64,000 bases of DNA, from positions 19,034,995 to 19,098,994 of the forward strand of contig OZ037765.1 in the NCBI GenBank assembly GCA_964035545.1, written 5' to 3'. Origin of the DNA: Bugula neritina. Its lineage: Eukaryota > Animalia > Bryozoa. The notes under the pieces are model-generated. The model was given only the letters and a program-made list of their open reading frames with translations, ran no database searches and was not told the origin of the DNA. Below, in pieces: positions 56,701-64,000 of this stretch; the first letter of the stretch is position 1; every line of letters starts with the position of its first letter. Position numbers and translations under genes: made by a program.

Positions 56701-59700
56701 AACAGGCCCACGCAGGGGTCAAGAGAGTGATATCCAAATTACGACTCCGGTGGTATTGGCCGCAGATGGAGCGTGACGTCCGGCTCAGAGTCAAACAGTG
56801 TGAGATCTGCCAGGCCAGTAAGCATAGCCGCCCCCCTGGTGAGGCAGGACGGCGGAGGCTATATGCTGGTAGGCCCTGGCAAGTAGTCGCTGTAGACCTG
56901 GTCGGACCCATGCCCCTGACCCCCAGAGGCAATAATTGGATCCTAGTACTAACCGACCACTTTACTAGGTGGGCGGATGCTCTGGCTATCCCAGATGCAT
57001 CAGCCCCAACAGTGGCCAGGGCGCTAGACCAACATGTATTCTGTTATTTTGGGCTTCCCGAACAGATACACTCTGATCAAGGCGCTCAATTCCAGTCTCA
57101 ACTGATGAGCGACCTTTGCCACCTCTGGGGAGTAAATCAGAGCAGGACCACCCCCTACCACCCTCAAGGTAACGGGGTGGTGGAGCGCAACAACCGGATG
57201 CTAGGTGATGCACTCCGGAGTCTCCTCCTTGGACGAGGTCAAGAGGAATGGGATACGGTATTGCCACAAGTCATGCGTGCATACCGTAGCACCCCACACA
57301 CCAGTACTGGTGAGACCCCAAACCTCTTGATGCTCGGGAGAGAGACTCGTGTCCCTGACCATCTCACCTACCACGTTCCAGAGCAAGACAACTCGGTTCA
57401 CGAGTATGCCAGTGAACTAGTGGAACGGATGAAGGCCGCACACGATATACTGCGTCAACAGCAGTGGAAGGTGCGGCACGAAGATTCCGATAAACCACCT
57501 CTCTATCAAACGGGAGATAAGGTGTGGATGGTCAATTACCGTAGGCGTCGCGGACAGGCTGATAAGCTGAAGCCTAAGTTCGTAGGCCCCTACGTGGTCG
57601 TCGAGGCTATGCCCAATCATACGTACAAGATTGAGCGCTCAGGACAGGTGTCTATCCAGAATGAGTCTCGCTTGAAACCGTATTGGGCTAGCCCCGGCGG
57701 AGTGGGAGAAGCCCCCCCGTTGTTAGAGCCCAGGAGGCAAACAACAACGCGCGGGCGACGGCGGCATGGACCTGAATACGAAGTGGTCATACCGCGGGAA
57801 GAAAACTTGGTGAGCGAGGAGCGGCAGCTTTTGTCAACAGAAGCGTGTCCGCCACCGCCAAGTCTAATTCCATCACTTCCAGAAACCGAGCCGGTTCCGG
57901 AAGTGCAAACCCCCACGGAGGGAGGGGCTCCATCCGGAGAACAAGAAGAGGTGACCGCTAACGGTGAAGTAGAGACGCCATTAGAGGCCCCTACTAACGA
58001 ACCGGCAAGCGTGTCACCCCCCCTAGAAAGGGGACAGCGTACGAGGCAACCCCCCGCATACTTGAAGGACTTCGTATGTGACTGCGTTAAAAGCGGCACA
58101 CATGAAAGTCTAGGGGAAAACCGTACGAGAAAAGAATCGAGCAAATGTGGGAGTTGTCAACACCACGGAAAAATCAACTTTTGTATCGGCGGAAATAGAA
58201 ACAAAATTCATCCGCCGGGTGCACAAAGTCTTAATCACGCACCCCAACCACGTTGCTCGATCTTTTCATACGCTGACGCAGTCAGGAGTAGACGTGTTTC
58301 TAAGCAGTAGTTCAAACCATTTCACACATTCAGTATGTCTTACGACAACAGATCGTGGGGTGAGTTAACTATATCTTAATACGAAACTAGATTGCATCGC
58401 TCAGCTCTGACTCACTGAGTCAATCGAGCTGGAGATAGGTTAGTGAAATACCGTAGTAAGAACTCAGTTTGACTTAGAGATTTTTATAATCTCATTGCAA
58501 TACGTGTTCTATCTGACTATTCACTACCATTAATCTCTACGAGGTAACTGAATTAGGAGTTGCCAAGCTGTTCAAGCTGACAACACAGCAGTGTACTGTA
58601 TTAACACTGTTGAAACTTTTTCAGATTACACTCGACCCGCTACAACCAGGGTACGGGATAGAACACTTCCCGCTCCGTATCCGGAGGAGTGTGCTAGTGG
58701 TGATCGGCCTGAGCCACTACGCCGCCGTTGGCGGTGGGTGTCTCCACAAACAGAGGAAGAAATAGAAACGGCCTGGGGGTCCAGAGGACGGACAAGATGC
58801 CAGATCTGTGGTGAAGATTGCGCCTCTCACCGCTCCCTTAAACTACACGTCAATGCTCATCTCCTACTAACATTCTGCTCCTGCGGGTACAATGATGTGT
58901 ATCCCTACCCCGTCACCAGACACCGAGCGGCGGGCTGTTTCCCTGGAGAAAACTACGTGGTCGACGCTAAGCTATACCCGGAGTTCCTCACACTTATACG
59001 ACCTCTGGTGAAGAAGGCCATGTTGTTAGCCGTTCTGTCCTCGGGGTTTCAACGTGTGTTAGACAACGCCCGCCAACAATCCCCGTTGGTGTCTGACCGT
59101 CCTCAAATTACATACACCCCCGAGGAAATTACATATCCAGAAGAAGGAGAGATCTCCCCACACCGGCGAAGAGACGAACCAGGTCCCCCAGTCCACCCTT
59201 GCGCCGCAGACGGACACCGTCCCCGGACCCAGTACGCCTGGCTACAGTAGAAGAACGCCTCCTACGATTACAAGAAGAGTTCACCCAGCTGGCACCAGAT
59301 CTACTTAACACTACCACAGGACTCTTCCAGCTAAAGGGATCCGTATGCCGTATGAAACGGAAACTGCGTACATGCCAAGCCAAACACCGGCGTGCCCAAC
59401 AAGGACTCTAGTTGGCTACCCAGAATACTCCGCAACTTCACATCTCGGGAAGAACCAAGATGTCATGCAAATGTTTGACTGCTTAACAGGTTATCCCCTG
59501 TCTAACACCACAGCTAGCTAGTATTCCTCGTCTATCTACAGCTGGCCACTTGTATGCAACGGATCGTTATAATGACTCTGTCTATTATTATGTCTCTTCC
59601 TGTATATTATGTATTATTTTGTCCACTGATGTATGCGGTTACTAATGAATGTTTTTTTTATGTATATATCAGAAAGATGGCTTTCTGCTGGTGGGGGCGG

Positions 59701-62700
59701 TGTGGTGGTTCGTGGAACTACCAGCAGCACAACATGTAGGGTCACGTAATTGACCCGGAACAATGGATAGCCAATTAGCGTAGTTGATAGTTAGCAGCAA
59801 TTGTAGTTTCCCGCTGCTAACTCAGTCGAAGCTAGAGTGTGAAATAGATTAGATGTGTAACTTGTTTGGAAATAATGTATCGTTTTTATAATGTATAATT
59901 GTGTGTAAAATATACTCGTTCACTCGACTTATCCTGGTGCAGTTCTATAGTAAATAAATAGACTCTCTGGATAGCACATCAACCCTAAATCTGAAAATTA
60001 TAACAATATGCTACTAAGTTTTATTGCATTTTGTTATATAAACATTATACTTAACTATTGTTCTATTCTTCATCAACTACAAATGATATTGATAGATGAT
60101 TTTTTTGCCATTTAAATTTCTTATGACCCACCTGATGCAATAGGTGATTTCATCTCCTATATAGTCATTGTTTTTAGCTCCAACAACCTAAAAATGAATC
60201 AACAACTGTAACTCATGCACTCTTGATTTTACGATTCATCTAATTTATAATTTTATTATAATCTACTTGATAAAATATCTATAAATTAGTTGAAGTGTAT
60301 TTCCATCTGATTAGGTACAAACAAAAGTTTATCAACTTTTCAAGATGCAATATGCAGACCTTGTTTCTCAGCACTATACATATATAACGTGCATAATAAT
60401 GACTGTCTATAGTTTTGAGTTACACTAATTTTCTTGAGCATACCAATGCGTTTTTAATTCCTGGGTACTTGGAAACTATTTTTTCTATTGGTCCAGGATA
60501 AACAACATCTCCGTATATCTTAAATCTTATAGCATCAGCAGTTCTTCCTTTTATTATAAAAGTGCCATCAGGGTACATAGTTCCCACATCTCTACAAATT
60601 AAAAGGAATGACAGTATAAGTCACCAAGTAGTCAGCTTCATTGTCAAATACGAAATTTAGAGCAATAACAGTTGCCTAAAATTATGTCTCAAATGATGTC
60701 TTTTTGTAAAAATTATTAATAATGCTATAAAACTTGAAGTTGATTTAAAGCATGTGAAATATGACAAAACACTCGTAGTTTACCTTGAAATATTTACAAA
60801 TTAAATAATATGTAAGATAAAGATATAGTTTTCAGTCACTATGAAGTTACAGGTAAATATTGTTTGTTAATTAACATTTTTACATTTAAAATTTGTATTG
60901 TTGAGTTAACCCAGCAGCCCTGTGGTGTAATTAGTTAGCACGCCTGCTTGCAAGCCGGAGGTCTGTGGTTTGAATCTCGGTGGGAACAATTATTTTACAT
61001 GTAAAAACTTTGCCCCTACTGGGATTCGAACCACAGACCTCCAGCTTAAGCAAGCAGGCCCTAACTAATTACACCACAGGAGCTGCTGGATTAACTCAAC
61101 ACTACATCCCACCCAGTTCTCTGAATTCCAATCGCCTCTCTACTACTCCTATAGTCTTCAGGTGTCCATGACCACTCAATCTCCCCCCCCCCCCCGAATA
61201 CTATTACACTTCACTAAAGGCCGAAATAGCTTGTAAAAAAATTGCCCCCACCGGATTTCAAACCACAGACCTCCGGCTTGCAGGCAGGCGTGCTAACTAA
61301 TTACAGGGACTACGGGGTACACTCAACACTACATCTCACCCAGTCCTCAAAAATTTCACTGGCTTCTCTACTAATTCTTCAGTCTTCATGCAGGCACCCC
61401 TGGCCACTCAACTCCCTCTGAGTACTACTACACTTACTCCACTAAAGGCCGAAATAGCTTATAAAAATCTTTGCCCCCACTGGTATTCAAACCCGGGACT
61501 TCTGGCTAGCAAGCAAGTGTGCTAACCATTACACCACCAGGGCCTCTGAGTCAACTCAACACTACAAAATTGAGCATCTGATGTTTTAAAACTTCCCAAT
61601 CTCTTAAATGGGGTCCTGAAGTGCAGTTAAGTCAATAAGATGTTTTAGTTTATTACATATAGAAAAATATTGGTAGAATACTGATGATGAATGGTGCATT
61701 AGATCTTATTCATGTAGTATCCCAAAAAGGTTTGATAAGTGGTAACAACCTTTCTCAAGTTAATTAGCTCTAAAAGCTGCAGTTTGCTTCCAAATGGTAA
61801 TTTAACTCTTTCTTTATTATTTTAGTTTAGTTTGCATTGCAGTAGCAGTATTGCTCTATGCTGCAATCTGTTTACGCTTAATTTTATTTTGTAGTATCAG
61901 TGAAAGAGTATAGACAATTGTTTTCATCATAAAATTATTCTTATGTTACACTTTTCTGCCCATTAAATTTGACTTGTTTAATTTTTCAACTCCATCACAA
62001 CATTGAAATTATTAAAACTGATAAACTTATTTTTTCAAATTACAAATTTACAATTTGGAGCTTACAACTTGCATATCATGAAGAGCAGCCTAATGGTGCA
62101 TAAGAAAGCTATGCATATTTTTAAGGTAGTATATGATTTAGAAATTATGAAAATTTCTCACTTAATTTTATTACCCTGTTTTGAAAAAGCCATCTTCTGT
62201 AAAGGCAGCTTTGGTTTTTTCTGGTTCGTCTTTATAACACTTCAAAGTACTAAATGTTTTAACTTGTATCTCGCCATCTTTACCAACATCTACCAGTTCA
62301 TTATTTTCATCTACCAGCCGCACCTGAAAAAATGTATTAATAATGATAATTCCAATCTCGCTACCCAAACAAGACAAAGTGGAGATAAGTGAGAAAAAAT
62401 AACTCCAATATATTTTTCTTGTGACAACAAAGCAAAAAATGATGCATAGCTGCAAACGACAAGAAATAAGCAAAATTTTAGGATTTTAAACTTATTGTTT
62501 GTAAAACTGAAGTTATCTCCCTATGTTACTGATAAGCAACTAGTTTATTAAATAAAATCATTGATGAACAAGTTCAAGTTGAACAAAAAATAAATGACAT
62601 AAATTAGCAGAGCAAAATATCTACAAAAATAGAATAAAACTTTACTCTGCATCCAAGCTATTTCTATCTCAAGGTTCTTTCATTGAGAAGCTACAAACTA

Positions 62701-63754
62701 TACTAACGGTTATGGCTGATGTATTTTTAAACAACAAAACTTGACTTTACAAAATTTTGCAGCCCAAGATAATACAAAAACAGTAGCTTTAAGGTGTAAC
62801 CATACGTTAGAGAAAAAAATCATATAGTGCATTAACAAACCTCTGTGTTTAATTTAGTACATATCCTTGCATTCAGCATTAGTTCGAGATCAGATGGCTG
62901 GTCACCCAGAGGTGTATATCCAATAAATGATAGCTCAGACATGCCATATGATGTCTGAAGAAAATTCACAAAAAAATTAATAGTTTTAAACATTATACTT
63001 GCATATCATAAGTTTCATAGAATAAAATACTGTGTATGTAAAACTCCTCAACAGTCTAGAACCCTGTTAATTGCAAAATGTGTTATAGATTTATAGTTTA
63101 ATATCATTAATTAAATTTCTTGTCTATACCATGCTTACAAAAGGTCAAAAGATAGGGCTCATGTCAAAGTCCATACATCTTATATCTTATAGGTGGTGCA
63201 AACAGAGGCACATGGTTACAAGTTCTTCAGTGTCATTGTAGAAACTTACCAATGCTACTTTTAGTTTGACCCAGAAGCGCCCCTTTTAACTAAGAATCTT
63301 AGCAAATTAGCTAATTTTACAAAAAGCAATGAGTTCCTGCAATAATTTTAGCTAAGAATTCTTAAAAGAGCAAAACTATTCATCCATGTAATCCAATTAA
63401 TGAGCCTTGAGAAAGCATAAACAATTGTTGGTTTAAACATAACTCGTTTAGTGTATGGTTGTGACTTGCAATAGGTGAAGGGCATAATAAAATAGAATAT
63501 CTATATTAATTTAAATTAAGCCCTAAGATTATTTTCATAAGATAAAAAAATAAATGTGAGACTCATTGACATTTCATATACTCACAAATGGAATGGCAAC
63601 TTGGAACAGTTTTTTCATGTTTTCTTTGTATTCCCTAGAAATGAGTTGGCCGCCGAACAAGGCCAGTTTTAAGGGAGGAGACTGTATTTGCTGCTGCTTT
63701 AAAGAGGCAGCAACTAGCTGTTGCATTCCAGAAGGAAGAATTAAATAATCAATT
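50784..63754 (-). CDS. Acyl-CoA synthetase-like paralogue B, 3' part (5' exons beyond the window end)
   Basis: Exons 63754-63586, 62954-62841, 62323-62175, 60591-60444, 60187-60132, 52004-51941, 51328-51257, 51033-50940, probable last exon 50806-50784. Intron positions match paralogue A. Motifs [31 protein letters not shown]. Gypsy copy 2 lies antisense in intron 52005-60131. Confidence 0.88.
52185..52299. repeat. 115-bp imperfect inverted repeat
   Basis: 57-bp arms with 6 mismatches around a central A. Confidence 0.85.
52807..52824 (+). promoter_or_regulatory. Primer-binding site complementary to the tRNA-Leu 3' end
   Basis: TGGTGGCAGCAGTGGGAT, 1 nt after the LTR. Copy 1 reads ATCCCACCGCTGCCACCA on + (3927-3944), the 3' end plus CCA of metazoan tRNA-Leu(AAG/TAG). 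Confidence 0.9.
52837..53790 (+). pseudogene. gag: gag of copy 2 with a premature stop
   Basis: TAG at 53278-53280 where copy 1 has TAC. Otherwise near-identical to 2961-3914. Confidence 0.93.
53679..58310 (+). pseudogene. pol: pol of copy 2 (protease, RT, RNase H, integrase) with one premature stop
   Basis: Motifs FLIDSGC, YLDD, DTDAS, HHCC (HKQAH..CEIC), D-D-E (VAVDL, HSDQG, VVERNN) and GPY. TGA at 55530-55532 where copy 1 has CGA. Confidence 0.95.
53739..53804 (+). promoter_or_regulatory. Putative -1 ribosomal frameshift signal (G_UUA_AAC plus GC stem, possible pseudoknot)
   Basis: pol is in the -1 frame of gag. The heptamer is in gag phase, followed by a 5-nt spacer and the stem CGGCCCGC(53751-58)/GCGGGCCG(53776-83). 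Confidence 0.75.
58335..59411 (+). CDS. Retrotransposon accessory ORF3: spliced zinc-finger / RS-rich / coiled-coil protein (1-nt frameshift near 59160 in this copy)
   Basis: Mini-exon 58335-58359 (MSYDNRSW+G|GTGAGT), intron 58360-58624 ending TTTTTCAG, and in-frame exon from 58625. C2H2 finger 58798-58860, CxC-x12-H-x4-C 58876-58938, EEGEI 59140-59154. The -1 frame continues PAKRRTRSPSPPLRRRRTPSP plus a heptad-like helix to 59411. Confidence 0.72.
60894..61566. mobile_element. 673-bp TG..CA element made of four tRNA-like units (one +, three -)
   Basis: Ends TGTATTGTTGAG / CTCAACACTACA. 5-bp TSD AAATT at 60889-60893 and 61567-61571. Each unit has A/B-box-like motifs and a T-run. The three minus units recur at about 225-235 bp spacing. 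Confidence 0.8.
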
Positions 63755-64000
63755 CTAAAACACATGGAAAAAACTAAATTTTGCCTCTCAATTGATACAA
63801 ATTTTTGATACAACAAAACATTCTGTTAAGCTGACATTAAATTTACATGTATATTGATTTTATTAAACTGATTTCAGTTAAATCAAGCAAAAGAAGTGTT
63901 GACAAAAAATACAACATGCTAAATTTTTGAACTCAAACATCACACTCACTTTTAATTGGTACAACTATGAAAGGTCAAAATACACCCAGATTTTTACCAA

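Larger units (their letters stand above)
52501..60005 (+). mobile_element. Full-length Ty3/Gypsy LTR retrotransposon, copy 2 (7505 bp)
   Basis: 305-bp LTRs at 52501-52805 and 59701-60005 with one mismatch (52729 A / 59929 T). TSD ATAT at 52497-52500 and 60006-60009. PBS 52807-52824, PPT GGTGGGGGCGG 59690-59700. Domain order PR-RT-RH-IN. Confidence 0.98.

Noticed and set aside
57700-58310. Chromodomain at the integrase C-terminus
   Set aside because: After the GPY motif the tail is Pro/Glu-rich and low-complexity, with no chromodomain pattern.
58591-59250. ORF3 as env, or as an unspliced GTG-initiated protein
   Set aside because: No signal peptide, furin/fusion-peptide layout or TM anchor. 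The GTG-start segment is intron-like and ends in a strong acceptor.
61100-61460. Hammerhead ribozyme (retrozyme-like) in the tandem tRNA-like units
   Set aside because: CTGAAGA..GAAA appears on the minus strand of one spacer but is not conserved in the other. The plus-strand GGCCGAAA lacks a CUGANGA box. An Infernal search on a family consensus would settle it.
60915-61545. Functional tRNA gene cluster
   Set aside because: Stems are mismatched, anticodon loops are irregular, units diverge from each other, and they are embedded in a TSD-flanked repeat.

Overview
AT-rich, intron-rich animal (invertebrate-like) genomic DNA. Host genes were rebuilt by hand from splice sites, with consistent exon phases: exon 1 of a secreted type-B carboxylesterase (-); a 13-exon extended-Tudor/CCHC protein gene (+); SNRNP27 (-); GALE (-); RYBP/YAF2 (+); and a tail-to-tail pair of divergent ANL-family acyl-CoA synthetase paralogues (one complete on +, one partial on -). 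Two very similar copies of one young Ty3/Gypsy LTR retrotransposon lie in opposite orientations: a partial copy at 1-4250 and a full 7.5-kb copy at 52501-60005 inside an intron. Both have a tRNA-Leu PBS, an ATAT target site and a -1 frameshift signal. The most unusual feature is downstream of pol in the full copy: a third gene that appears to be spliced, with an ATG mini-exon, a 265-nt GT-AG intron and an in-frame large exon. It encodes a non-env protein with a C2H2 and a C2HC zinc finger, an EEGEI motif, Arg/Ser-Pro repeats and a probable coiled coil, a candidate retrotransposon regulatory or anti-silencing factor. Also present: a TG..CA element with a 5-bp TSD built from tRNA-like Pol III units, long palindromes, a hAT-type MITE, a 3.2-kb TIR element, LINE and Gypsy relics, SINE-like repeats, and 6-bp-periodic A[C/G]T tracts near inferred promoters.
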